Position numbers and translations under genes: made by a program
In this document: piece after piece, positions 42,839 to 51,694 of the stretch
How positions within the stretch are numbered: position 1 is the first letter of the stretch
How the letters are laid out: each line of letters begins with the position of its first letter
Source of the DNA: Candidatus Firestoneibacteriota bacterium
GTDB taxonomy: Bacteria; Oederibacteriota; D2-FULL-39-29; CAIOVX01
NCBI GenBank assembly: GCA_903916325.1
Contig: CAIWWK010000045.1
Span: 1-51,694, forward strand
DNA length: 51,694 nt
Direction: 5' to 3'
Notes under the pieces: model-generated
Databases searched by the model: none
Seen by the model: only the letters and a program-made list of their open reading frames with translations
Told to the model about the DNA's origin: nothing

Positions 42839-44118
42839 GAGTAAAAGTAATAGCCCTCCTGTTCCTGCTGTCCGCGGTTTCGGGTGTATTCGCGGGTACC
42901 GTTGCGGTCGTGGAGTTTAGGGGAGCGATAAATCAGTCGTCCTCTGCCTACCTTACAAGATGCATTTTTGACGCCGAGAAGATGCGAGCGGAATGCGTAG
43001 TGCTTGAACTTGACACGCCCGGCGGCATGAACGATGCAATGCGCGATATCGTGCAGAAGATCCTGGATTCAAAAATACCTGTCGTTGTTCAGGTGGCGCC
43101 GAAGGGAGCGAGGGCAGCCTCGGCAGGCCTCTTCATAGCCATGGCTGCGGATTATGTGGCTATGGCTTCGGGCACCAATATGGGCGCAGCCCACCCCGTA
43201 TATATGGACGGCAAACTTGCCTCAGACAAAGTCACGAACGATGCGGCGGCATACATTCGTTCTCTTGCGGGCAGGCGCGGCAGGAATGCCGCCTGGGCGG
43301 AGGATGCCGTAAGGAAGAGCGTATCAATAACAGAGACTGAGGCGGTGAAGCTCGGTATTGCCGATGCCATAGCCGATGATACAACTGCTTTGCTTGAGAA
43401 ACTTGACGGAAGAAAATTCAGGCTTTTAAACGGCACAGAAGTAAAAGTAGACACGAAAAAGGCCTCAATCCTCCGGCTGAAAATGACATGGCGCGAGGGT
43501 TTCCTCAATGCTCTTAACGATCCTACTATTGCCTATGTGCTCTTCTTGATAGGAATCTACGGGCTAATCTACGAACTGACTTCCCCTGGCGCAGTTTTTC
43601 CGGGGACCGCAGGCGTTATCTGTATGATACTGGCGCTGATATCCTTTAACAGCCTTTCGATAAGTTTCGCGGGGGTCGCCCTGCTTGTTCTTGCGGTTGC
43701 GCTCTTTATTCTGGAGATAAAGGCGACAGCTCACGGGGCTCTTGCCGCAGGAGGGGTTGTTTCGCTCTTTCTCGGTTCTCTCATGCTCTTTTCGCCGATG
43801 ATTCCGTATTTTAAAATGTCCATTGCCGTTGTAACTACAATGGTAGTGATTAGCACAGCATTTTTTGCTATAATCATCTCAATAGGCATAAAAGCGCTCA
43901 AGAACCGTGTTGTGATTGGAATTAAGAGTCTTGTGGGCGCCTCCGGAGAGGTGCGGGTTGCAATAGAACCTGTCGGAATTGTCTCCGTAAACAAAGAAGA
44001 CTGGTCTGCCTGTTCAGCCGACGGAAAGCCTATCTTGAAAGGCGAAAAAGTAAAAGTTCTGCGTTTGGAAGGAATAAAACTTATAGTGGAACGAACCGGA
44101 GAGTCCGCTAAAGTTTAG
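42835..44118 (+). CDS. nfeD: NfeD-family membrane-bound ClpP-class serine protease
   Basis: Signal peptide, a ClpP-like domain (LDTPGG, SAG.FIAMA), a multi-helix membrane region, and a C-terminal NfeD OB domain. Located upstream of an SPFH gene. Confidence 0.85.
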   Translation: MRVKVIALLFLLSAVSGVFAGTVAVVEFRGAINQSSSAYLTRCIFDAEKMRAECVVLELDTPGGMNDAMRDIVQKILDSKIPVVVQVAPKGARAASAGLFIAMAADYVAMASGTNMGAAHPVYMDGKLASDKVTNDAAAYIRSLAGRRGRNAAWAEDAVRKSVSITETEAVKLGIADAIADDTTALLEKLDGRKFRLLNGTEVKVDTKKASILRLKMTWREGFLNALNDPTIAYVLFLIGIYGLIYELTSPGAVFPGTAGVICMILALISFNSLSISFAGVALLVLAVALFILEIKATAHGALAAGGVVSLFLGSLMLFSPMIPYFKMSIAVVTTMVVISTAFFAIIISIGIKALKNRVVIGIKSLVGASGEVRVAIEPVGIVSVNKEDWSACSADGKPILKGEKVKVLRLEGIKLIVERTGESAKV

Positions 44119-44133
44119 CATGCAGGAGGGGTT

Positions 44134-45009
44134 ATGACGCCGGGAATATTCATGATAATTGTGCTTGCGGTAGCGGTTTTCATTATGGTTGTAAACATAA
44201 TAAGGATAGTCCCGGAGTATAAGAGGCTGGTGCTGTTTCGCCTGGGAAGGACCCAGGGTGAGAAGGGGCCGGGAATAGTAATAGTTGTACCCATCATAGA
44301 CAAAGTGGTTGAAGTTGATCTTCGGGAATCCTATCTTGAGATTCCGGAGCAGACCTGCATAACCAAGGATAACGCTCCCATCTCGGTAGATTTTTTAATT
44401 TACTGGAAGGTCATAGATCCTTCAGCCTCGGTCATCCAGGTTAGAAACTTTGCCGGTGCCGCGCAGGGAATAGCCACCACAACTCTTCGCGCTGTAGTCG
44501 GTGATATCGCGCTTGACGATGTTCTTGCAAAGAGAGAGCAGATAAACGATATATTGAGGACCAAACTGGATGAAGTGACCGGCAGGTGGGGTGTTAAGGT
44601 AACTTCCGTTGAAATAAGAGAGATCCAGCCGCCTGTAGAAGTCCAGACAGCGATGACCAAGCAGATGGCGGCGGAAAGGCACAGAAGGGCGGTGGTAACG
44701 GAATCAGACGGTACCAAACAGGCGGCTATAACAATTGCCGAGGGCGAGAAGCAATCAGCTATACTTAAAGCGGAAGGCAAGAAACAGGCCCAGATGCTGG
44801 AAGCAGAAGGTTACGCGCAGGCGCTCGCGAATATTTTCGGAGCCGCAAAGAGCATAGACGAAAAAACAATGAGCCTGCAGTACCTTGAAACGCTCAAGGC
44901 GCTCGGCAATTCGCCTTCGACCAAGTATATTTTTCCGATGGAATTCACAACAATGCTCCGGCCTTTGGTCTCGAACATTGAGCAGGGGTTAAGGAAGACT
45001 AAAGAATAA
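44134..45009 (+). CDS. SPFH/band 7 (stomatin-like) protein
   Basis: IVPEY.R.V.FRLGR, KDN..I.VD and the AEG..QA.ILEAEG blocks. Confidence 0.9.
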   Translation: MTPGIFMIIVLAVAVFIMVVNIIRIVPEYKRLVLFRLGRTQGEKGPGIVIVVPIIDKVVEVDLRESYLEIPEQTCITKDNAPISVDFLIYWKVIDPSASVIQVRNFAGAAQGIATTTLRAVVGDIALDDVLAKREQINDILRTKLDEVTGRWGVKVTSVEIREIQPPVEVQTAMTKQMAAERHRRAVVTESDGTKQAAITIAEGEKQSAILKAEGKKQAQMLEAEGYAQALANIFGAAKSIDEKTMSLQYLETLKALGNSPSTKYIFPMEFTTMLRPLVSNIEQGLRKTKE

Positions 45010-45022
45010 CCTGTTTGCAGTT

Positions 45023-45796
45023 ATGGAGGACTTGATGCTGAAAACGAAAGGCGGGATATTTGTTTTTATTCTTGCGGCGCTTGCAGGGGTATTGATTTGC
45101 GCCGGCTGCTCTAAATACATAAAGCCTTCGGACAAAGCTGCTTATGGTTCCGCGTCCGCGGCTGTAGAGAAGGCGGAGAAAGACCTGAAATCGGCCGAGG
45201 CTTCTCCCAACAAAGACGATATGCAGGAAACTTACAACGACGCAAGGTCAAAACTTGCGGGCGCGAAGGAATTTATGGGCAAGGATGATTACGCCAAGGC
45301 GCAGGATTCTGCGGAGAAAGCTTCTCAGCTTGCGATTGATGTGAAAGAACTTCCCGGCGAGGTGCAGAAATTGATAGCCGAAACGGAAAAGAGTCTTGTT
45401 TTTGCGACCGAAGTCGGTTTGGACAGGTCCTACGGAAAGAAGATAAAGGAAATAAAGGACACTCTGTGGGACGCCAACAATAACGTGCGTCTTCGGAGGT
45501 TCGCCGCCGCAAAATCCATGGCTGCGAACGCGTACAATGAGGCCAGAAAGGCGATAGAAGATGTGGAGAAAGCCAATGATTCAATGGCGAAAGCTAAGAC
45601 CGCCGTTATTGACGCAAAAGACGCCGGGGCAGAATCTACTGTTGCAGATATTTTAAAGAGCGCGGAAGACACTCTTGCCGGGGCAAAGCTGGATATGGAT
45701 AACGCCAACTTTCAGAAGGCCAGGGAAGGAGCGGACAAGGCCTGCCAGCTCGCGAAAGACGCGCTTGAGAAGGCAAAAGCTGTAAAACAGAAGTAA
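45023..45796 (+). CDS. Probable lipoprotein with an all-helical, Ala/Lys/Asp-rich repeat
   Basis: The hydrophobic N-terminus ends in ..LICAGC (lipobox-like). The remainder is repetitive helical AxxA/KxA sequence. Confidence 0.55.
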   Translation: MEDLMLKTKGGIFVFILAALAGVLICAGCSKYIKPSDKAAYGSASAAVEKAEKDLKSAEASPNKDDMQETYNDARSKLAGAKEFMGKDDYAKAQDSAEKASQLAIDVKELPGEVQKLIAETEKSLVFATEVGLDRSYGKKIKEIKDTLWDANNNVRLRRFAAAKSMAANAYNEARKAIEDVEKANDSMAKAKTAVIDAKDAGAESTVADILKSAEDTLAGAKLDMDNANFQKAREGADKACQLAKDALEKAKAVKQK

Positions 45797-45857
45797 CTGA
45801 TTAGTATCATAGTGCCGGCCGGATTGGCCTGATATAGTGAATACGGAGGGTACAAAA

Positions 45858-46178
45858 ATGGCGTTAACTTTTACGGATGCGAATTTTGAAGCGGATGTGC
45901 TGAAATCGGCTGCGCCTGTACTGGTGGATTTCTGGGCGGAGTGGTGCGGGCCGTGCAGGATGCTTGGGCCTACCATCGAAGAACTCGCGAAGGAATACAC
46001 GGGCAAGGTAAAGGTAGGAAAGGTGAATGTCGATGACAACCCCGGGATAGCGGCAAAGTACAGCATCAGGAGCATTCCAACGGTGATGATCTTCAAGGGC
46101 GGGCAGGTGGTGGAGCAGTTAGTCGGTGTACAGCCCAAGGAATCATTAAAGAAAAGGATTGATGCCGCGGTAGTATAA
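45858..46178 (+). CDS. trxA: Thioredoxin
   Basis: WAEWCGPCRM active site. The ATG at 45858 is preceded by ggaggg. The track start at 45837 is probably too far upstream. Confidence 0.9.
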   Translation: MALTFTDANFEADVLKSAAPVLVDFWAEWCGPCRMLGPTIEELAKEYTGKVKVGKVNVDDNPGIAAKYSIRSIPTVMIFKGGQVVEQLVGVQPKESLKKRIDAAVV

Positions 46179-46205
46179 GACGGCGGCAATAGAAAATAAA
46201 TACTT

Positions 46206-46233
46206 CTCCCTTGCGACCCAAGGGAGTTTTTTT
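46206..46233 (+). terminator. Rho-independent terminator after trxA
   Basis: Stem ctccctt / aagggag with a 7-nt loop, followed by T7. Confidence 0.75.
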
Positions 46234-46244
46234 AAGGAGAAAGA

Positions 46245-47459
46245 ATGCCGGAAGTAATTCCTTTCAGGGGGTTTACATATCATACCGGAAAAACAGGAAG
46301 CCTTAGCAGGCAGTTGACGCTTCCTTATGATGTCATTTCCCCTGAAATGAGAGAGGATTATTACAAGTCCTCCCCGTATAACATCGTGCGGGTGGACTTC
46401 AGAAAAGGAGAGGACGAGAGAAGATATTCCGCTTCAGGGATAGAGCTTTCAAAATGGATAGCTAAAGGCGTGCTGGCGCGTGACACTCAACCGTCTTTTT
46501 ATTTACTGGAGCAATCTTTTAAAATGAACGGCCGGCTGCTGAAGCGAACCGGGTTTTATGCTCTGGTCAAGGCGGAAGAATTTTCCAAAAAAGAGGTTCT
46601 CCCTCACGAAGAGACCTTTCCAAAACACAAGCAGGACAGGCTGAATCTGCTCAGGGCCTGCAAGGCGCATACCAGCCCGATATTCGGCGTTTACGACGGC
46701 AAATTTGACTGGTCAGGGTTTAAAAAAGAAAAACCTGACCTAAAATTCGCTCTGCGCGACGGCGGACAGTCCGTGAAAGGAAGGCTTTGGAAGATCACGG
46801 ATACCGCGGCCGTCAACCGGATAGTTTCATTCATTAAAAGACGCATGATTTTTATCGCAGACGGGCATCACAGATACGAGACAGCTGTGGCTTACAGAGA
46901 AGAGAGTAAAAAAAAGTACGGAAGAAACCGGAAAGCTCCCTGGAATTTCACTCTTTTTACTCTGGTTTCATTGCAGGACAGCGGACTGATCGTTTATCCA
47001 ACGCACAGGGCCGTGAAGTTTTCGCGCCCGGTATCGGTAAAAATGCTGATAGACAGGCTTGAGGGGAAATTCACAATAACCCCCTGCAAAAAAAAGGCTT
47101 CCGCAAAGAATATAGTGTTTTACTCAGGGCATAAGTTCTATGAACTTGCGCCAAAAAACACAAATGTACCGCTCTCAATCCCGCTAAAAAGGTCCGCTGC
47201 CTGGAAAAGATTATCCACCAGCGTGCTGCACCATCTCGTATTAAAAGCGCTTCCCAGGGTTAAAACCATTTCCTATATAAGGGATTCTAAAGAGGCTATT
47301 TCAGCCGCGGATTCAGGCAGTTTTGACGCTGTATTTCTCGTTCCGGCAATTTCACCCTCCGACATAAGGAAGACCGCGGTAAAACTGGAAAGGATGCCTC
47401 ACAAATCCACATATTTCTTCCCCAAACTTCCTGCCGGCGTTGTGATAAATAAGTTCTAG
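46245..47459 (+). CDS. DUF1015-family protein
   Basis: The N-terminal ..IPFRG..Y, YDVISPEMRE and IADGHHRYETA blocks are characteristic of DUF1015. Confidence 0.7.
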   Translation: MPEVIPFRGFTYHTGKTGSLSRQLTLPYDVISPEMREDYYKSSPYNIVRVDFRKGEDERRYSASGIELSKWIAKGVLARDTQPSFYLLEQSFKMNGRLLKRTGFYALVKAEEFSKKEVLPHEETFPKHKQDRLNLLRACKAHTSPIFGVYDGKFDWSGFKKEKPDLKFALRDGGQSVKGRLWKITDTAAVNRIVSFIKRRMIFIADGHHRYETAVAYREESKKKYGRNRKAPWNFTLFTLVSLQDSGLIVYPTHRAVKFSRPVSVKMLIDRLEGKFTITPCKKKASAKNIVFYSGHKFYELAPKNTNVPLSIPLKRSAAWKRLSTSVLHHLVLKALPRVKTISYIRDSKEAISAADSGSFDAVFLVPAISPSDIRKTAVKLERMPHKSTYFFPKLPAGVVINKF

Positions 47460-47569
47460 CTGGCTGCCGCAAGCTTCTTTCATGCCGCAACTCCTCCAAA
47501 AAATCGTTTTTTCTTTCAAGCCAAATGTTATATAATCAAACGGATGCATTACTCAAGCGGGGGCCGCAG

Positions 47570-48799
47570 ATGAACTTTAGAGCTGACTTCCACATTCACA
47601 GCAAATACAGCCTGGGAGCAACCCGCGATATGGACCTTGAGACGCTCTCCAGGTGGGCGAAATACAAAGGGCTTGACCTGCTCTCGGTTGGTGATATAAC
47701 GCACCCCTTATGGCTCGGCGAGCTCAGAAGAAAACTGAAGCCGCTAGGCAACGGAATCTTCCGGTTCAATGACACGCATTTTATTCTCTCGGGTGAAGTT
47801 AATTGCGTTTACATCGGTATGAACGGGAGCCGAAAGGTTCAGCTTCAGATATTTTCTCCGGGCTTTGAGCATATTGAGAGGATAAACAAAGCTCTTTCGA
47901 AATACGGTGATTTAAACGCCGGCGGGCGTCCCCAGCTGAACCTTGAAGCCTCGGAACTCGTCCGGATCATCTGCGATGTTTCCATGGACTGCTTTGTCAT
48001 TCCGTCGCATATATTCGCGCCGGGATTTTCTGTGCTTGGCAGCGGCGGCTACGGTTCGCTTGAGGAATGTTTCGGCCAGTACGCGAAATATATCTTTGCC
48101 GCGGAGACCGGACTTTCTGCGAATCCTAAGATGTGCGCCAGGCTGTCATGCCTGGACCGGGTCACGATGATTTCCGGTTCGAACGCTCACATGCCTGGAA
48201 CCATAGGCAGGGAGGCGTGCGTTTTCGGAGCCGCGCTTCACTATTTTGAAATAAAAAACGCGCTTCAATATAAGCGCCGGGACGAACTGCTCTATACCAT
48301 CGAATTCTATCCTGAAGAAGGAAGGTATTACCTGAGCGGGCACAAAGAATGCGGGAGCTGCTTTACGCCGCTTGAAAGCGCGAGTCTCAGCCATATATGC
48401 ACGGCCTGCGGTAAGCCCGTAAAACGTGGTGTTCTTCAGCGGGTAGAAGACCTCGCCGACAGGGCTGAGAACGAAACCGGCGGAAAGTATCTTCCGTTCA
48501 GGAATGTTATGCCTCTTGACGAGATACTGGCTTTCTGCATGAACGCCGGCACGGAGTCGCAGAAGGTAAGGGACGCGTACATAAAGCTTGTTGAAAAGTC
48601 TGGGAGCGAGTTATCTCTGCTCCTGGACCTGCCTGAAGAAGAAGTCAGAAGACTCGCTCCGCTGCCCGTCGCGGAAGGAATTCTGAAGTCCAGAAAATCG
48701 GATGTCAGGGTGTTCCCCGGCTATGACGGAGTTCCCGGCAAAATAGTGCTCTTTGACGAGGGCGAACTCGCGAGATACTCTCAACTGGAGTTGTTTTAA
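47570..48799 (+). CDS. PHP-domain endonuclease Q-like protein (TIGR00375-type)
   Basis: ADFHIHSKYS PHP motif, an internal CxxC...CxxCG zinc finger, and C-terminal KRGVLQRVEDLADR. The ATG at 47570 is preferred because the track start at 47525 lies in a TATAAT-containing stretch. Confidence 0.65.
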   Translation: MNFRADFHIHSKYSLGATRDMDLETLSRWAKYKGLDLLSVGDITHPLWLGELRRKLKPLGNGIFRFNDTHFILSGEVNCVYIGMNGSRKVQLQIFSPGFEHIERINKALSKYGDLNAGGRPQLNLEASELVRIICDVSMDCFVIPSHIFAPGFSVLGSGGYGSLEECFGQYAKYIFAAETGLSANPKMCARLSCLDRVTMISGSNAHMPGTIGREACVFGAALHYFEIKNALQYKRRDELLYTIEFYPEEGRYYLSGHKECGSCFTPLESASLSHICTACGKPVKRGVLQRVEDLADRAENETGGKYLPFRNVMPLDEILAFCMNAGTESQKVRDAYIKLVEKSGSELSLLLDLPEEEVRRLAPLPVAEGILKSRKSDVRVFPGYDGVPGKIVLFDEGELARYSQLELF

Positions 48800-48808
48800 G
48801 GAGATGTT

Positions 48809-49966
48809 ATGGGCCTCATAGATAAAAATCCCAAAAAGGCGCCGGCCGGCGCGGAAAGCGGCACAATTAAGCTTTCTTCCGGGAAGAAGGTCAAGAAGCC
48901 GGCCGCCGGACTTCTCGCCAAAGCCAGGGCGAAACTCTCAAAAAAAAGGGTGCTTGCTCCCGTTAAGCCGGTCAAAAAGAATACCAGGGCTGAATCAGTT
49001 CCCGCGCAGCCGCCTAAGGCCGTGGAACCAAAGCAAACTCAGGAAGCAAGACAGGACTTGCCTTCGAAAATATTCAGCGAAAAACCTTTCTCTGTTTTCA
49101 TTCCCGATGAAGACTATAACGCGCTCTTTCCGTCATTTTACAACGAGACGCGCATTGTTCTTATGGCCAGGGATCCGCACTGGCTTTTTACCTACTGGGA
49201 AGTTAATCAGGATTCAGTGGCCAGGATGAGGCAAAATCTCGGCGGCAGTTTCGATTCCGGGGTGACTACCGTCCGCGTGTATGATGTGACAAATGTTATC
49301 TTTGACGGCGGCAACTCGAACAGAAGCTTTGATGTCAGGATTTCTGAAGGCTCGTCTTCGTGGTACCTGCACGCGGGGGATCCTAACAGGCGCTGGGTTG
49401 TGGAGATAGGGGTGCTTCTGCCCGACGGCAGGTTTGTTCCCTACGCCAGATCCAATACTATTAAAACGCCAGCGGACTGCGTTGCCTCGGTTATGGACGG
49501 GGAATGGGCAATCTCGGAAGAACTAATGAAGAGGGCCTATCCCAAAGAATGGCATTTGCAGGGAGCCGGGCAGGGACCGGGGGCGCAGGCAGGTACGGCG
49601 GGAGAGGCAGGCGTTTCAAAAGGATCGGCAGGAACTCTAAAGACTCTCGGCGGTTCCGAAAGCGTCCACGGAGGCTCGTCAGGCTGGCTTTCGAGCTGGT
49701 CAAGCCCGGGAAGCGGCAAAGAAAAAACTCCGCTCTTCTGGCTTCGAGTCGGAACCGAACTGATTATTTACGGGGCTACCGGGGCTGACGCTTCGGTGAC
49801 CATGAACGGCAAACCCGTGAAACTCGCGGGGGACGGAACTTTCGGCACGAGATTCAATCTTAACGAAGGAGAACACACTGTCACGATTGAAGCCAGGTCC
49901 GCGGACGGGATATTCACAAGGGCCTATACAATTGATGTTACAAAATACACCGGGGAGGGCAAATAA
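48809..49966 (+). CDS. DUF4912-domain protein with a Lys/Pro-rich N-terminus
   Basis: RIVLMARDPHWLFTYWEV is the DUF4912 hallmark as I remember it. Located immediately upstream of a GH57 gene. Confidence 0.65.
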   Translation: MGLIDKNPKKAPAGAESGTIKLSSGKKVKKPAAGLLAKARAKLSKKRVLAPVKPVKKNTRAESVPAQPPKAVEPKQTQEARQDLPSKIFSEKPFSVFIPDEDYNALFPSFYNETRIVLMARDPHWLFTYWEVNQDSVARMRQNLGGSFDSGVTTVRVYDVTNVIFDGGNSNRSFDVRISEGSSSWYLHAGDPNRRWVVEIGVLLPDGRFVPYARSNTIKTPADCVASVMDGEWAISEELMKRAYPKEWHLQGAGQGPGAQAGTAGEAGVSKGSAGTLKTLGGSESVHGGSSGWLSSWSSPGSGKEKTPLFWLRVGTELIIYGATGADASVTMNGKPVKLAGDGTFGTRFNLNEGEHTVTIEARSADGIFTRAYTIDVTKYTGEGK

Positions 49967-51538
49967 ATGAAAGGCTACCTTGCCGTCGTTCTTCACGCCC
50001 ACCTGCCATATGTCAGGCATCCGGAACACGCGGATTTCCTTGAAGAAGATTGGCTTTATGAGGCTATTTTTGAGACCTATATACCTCTTCTGCTGGTCTA
50101 TGAAAGGCTGATAAGAGACGGGGTGGATTTTCGTGTCACGATGTCGCTTACGCCGCCTTTGCTTTCCATGCTCGCGGACCCTCTGCTGCAGGACCGGGCC
50201 CTGCTTTACGTCGAAAAACTCATAGATTTAACGGCGAAAGAAAAGAGGCGCACCGAATACCAGCCGGAGTTTAGAAAAACCGCGGAGATGTACAACTGGA
50301 AGTTTGTGGAAGCGAGGGATTACTTCTTAAGTTACGGCAAGAACCTGGTGAACGCGTTCCGAAAGATACAGGACGCGGGGAAACTCGAGATAATAACCTG
50401 CTGCGCGACGCACGGCTACCTGCCGCTTATGATTAACCAGAAGGCGATAAACGCGCAGATAAAGGTGGCTGTTGACACGCACGAAAAACACCTCGGAAGG
50501 AAACCGAACGGCATCTGGCTCGCCGAGTGTGCGTATTTTCCGGGCGTTGATTACACGCTAAAAGATCACGGCATTAAATTCTTCTTCGTTGACACCCACG
50601 GCGTTATGTACGGGGTGCCGCGTCCAAAATACGGCATCTTCGCGCCGGTCTTTTGCCCGTCAGGAGTGGCCGCTTTCGGCAGGGACGTGGAATCAAGCAA
50701 GCAGGTCTGGAGCGCGAAGGAAGGCTATCCGGGCGACACCAACTACCGCGATTTCTACCGCGATGTCGGTTTTGACCTTGAGTACGAGTACATCAAGCCT
50801 TACATAAATTCAAACGGCACCAGGACTTTCACCGGGGTAAAATACTACAAGATAACCGGCGAGACCGTGCACAAGGAGCCCTACGACCCTCAGGTCGCGC
50901 TGGACAGAAGCGCCGAGCACGCGGGGAACTTTCTTTTTAACCGCGGGAAGCAGATAGAGTGGCTTGCTTCGGGGATGGATAGAAAACCTCTGATAATATC
51001 GCCCTACGACGCCGAGCTTTACGGGCACTGGTGGTATGAAGGACCGGATTTCCTGAACTTCCTCTTTAGAAAGATGCATTATGACCAGGACGTTATCAAG
51101 ATGATAACTCCGTCTGAATACCTTGCCGAGTATCCGGTTAACCAGGTCTCTGCTCCTTGCGAATCCAGCTGGGGTTATAAGGGCTATCACGAGGTCTGGC
51201 TTGAAGGAGGGAATGACTGGGTTTACAGGCATCTTCATAAGGCGGCCGATAGGATGTGCGAGCTGGCGGAAAAGTTCACCTCGCCGGCAGATATTGAAAA
51301 GCGGGCTCTCAACCAGGCGGCCAGGGAACTCCTGCTCGCTCAGTCCTCGGACTGGGCGTTTATCATGAAGACAGGCACAAATGTTAATTACGCGGTCCGC
51401 AGGACGAAGGAGCATATCGTCAGGTTCACGCGGCTCTATGACAGTTTGAATGGCGGAAAAATAGACCAGACCTACCTATCGGAGATAGAATATAAAGACA
51501 ACATCTTTCCTGATATAGATTACAAAGTTTACAGATAA
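49967..51538 (+). CDS. GH57-family 1,4-alpha-glucan branching enzyme-like protein
   Basis: N-terminal KGYLAVVLHAHLPYVRHPE, followed by CCATHGYLPL, WLAECAY and PYDAELYGHWW blocks typical of GH57. Confidence 0.8.
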   Translation: MKGYLAVVLHAHLPYVRHPEHADFLEEDWLYEAIFETYIPLLLVYERLIRDGVDFRVTMSLTPPLLSMLADPLLQDRALLYVEKLIDLTAKEKRRTEYQPEFRKTAEMYNWKFVEARDYFLSYGKNLVNAFRKIQDAGKLEIITCCATHGYLPLMINQKAINAQIKVAVDTHEKHLGRKPNGIWLAECAYFPGVDYTLKDHGIKFFFVDTHGVMYGVPRPKYGIFAPVFCPSGVAAFGRDVESSKQVWSAKEGYPGDTNYRDFYRDVGFDLEYEYIKPYINSNGTRTFTGVKYYKITGETVHKEPYDPQVALDRSAEHAGNFLFNRGKQIEWLASGMDRKPLIISPYDAELYGHWWYEGPDFLNFLFRKMHYDQDVIKMITPSEYLAEYPVNQVSAPCESSWGYKGYHEVWLEGGNDWVYRHLHKAADRMCELAEKFTSPADIEKRALNQAARELLLAQSSDWAFIMKTGTNVNYAVRRTKEHIVRFTRLYDSLNGGKIDQTYLSEIEYKDNIFPDIDYKVYR

Positions 51539-51588
51539 GTGTAATTAAAGACGGTTGTATTCTGACAGGTATTGTGAATCTCCCCCGA

Positions 51589-51694
51589 TTATGTGGACGC
51601 TTTGTTAAGTTGGTAATAGTTTTTCTCAGCCTGCTCGGGAGATTTATACCCGTTGTACGAGTGCCGGCGCTCCGTATTGTAGTACCCTTCCACA
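51589..51694 (-). mobile_element. 3' end of a DDE (rve/integrase-core) transposase gene, IS3-like, truncated by the window end
   Basis: The minus strand translates to VEGYYNTERRHSYNGYKSPEQAEKNYYQLNKAST*, which is the classical YYN.ER.HS.LGY.SP..F C-terminal block of rve transposases. Confidence 0.7.

Noticed and set aside
47525-47569. Track start at 47525 for the EndoQ-like gene
   Set aside because: The first 15 codons overlap a TATAAT-containing promoter-like stretch. The PHP motif (DFHIHS) follows directly after the Met at 47570, although the longer form cannot be excluded.

Overview
This 51.7-kb segment looks chromosomal and comes from what appears to be an uncultured, anaerobic, diderm bacterium. 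That guess rests on a flavodiiron protein, rubredoxin, 2-oxoacid:ferredoxin oxidoreductase, a sigma-54 activator and an Omp85-type barrel; no taxon can be proven from sequence alone. Gene density is high. From about 4.7 kb to 51.5 kb every credible gene is on the + strand; the only minus-strand genes are trx-ccdA-tlpA, one tiny Cys-rich gene and a transposase fragment cut by the window end. Most content is housekeeping: ribF, tRNA-Val, pgi, glmU-like/prs/L25/pth, galETK, plsC/ispH/rpsA/sppA, nadD/yqeK/LCP/rsfS/argS, birA/coaX, nfeD/SPFH, trxA and DUF4912/GH57. Six things stand out. (1) A long co-directional cluster at 6.3-14.3 kb joins O2/ROS-detoxification genes (Dx-like micro-protein, flavodiiron protein, rubredoxin, rubrerythrin-like protein) to a TrxR-like flavoprotein without an obvious NADPH motif. 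It continues with a NifS/IscS-like protein whose PLP lysine is replaced, DsrE-like and TusA-like sulfur carriers, and a two-subunit 2-oxoacid:ferredoxin oxidoreductase. (2) A 71-nt nested-hairpin repeat is present twice, after tRNA-Val and between the two OFOR genes. The copies differ by three compensatory base-pair substitutions, and each is flanked by 14-16-nt direct repeats. (3) Degenerate 7-9-nt word arrays fill many intercistronic spacers. (4) Three tandem paralogs encode an unrecognised secreted ~200-aa protein just downstream of the gal operon. (5) One 926-aa outer-membrane protein combines an HExxH peptidase-like domain, a PD40/TolB-like region and an Omp85-like barrel. (6) Two real small genes are missing from the ORF track: rubredoxin and a 42-aa Cys-rich protein. 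I saw no CRISPR array, rRNA or recognisable defence system. All product calls are motif recognition by eye, not database searches.
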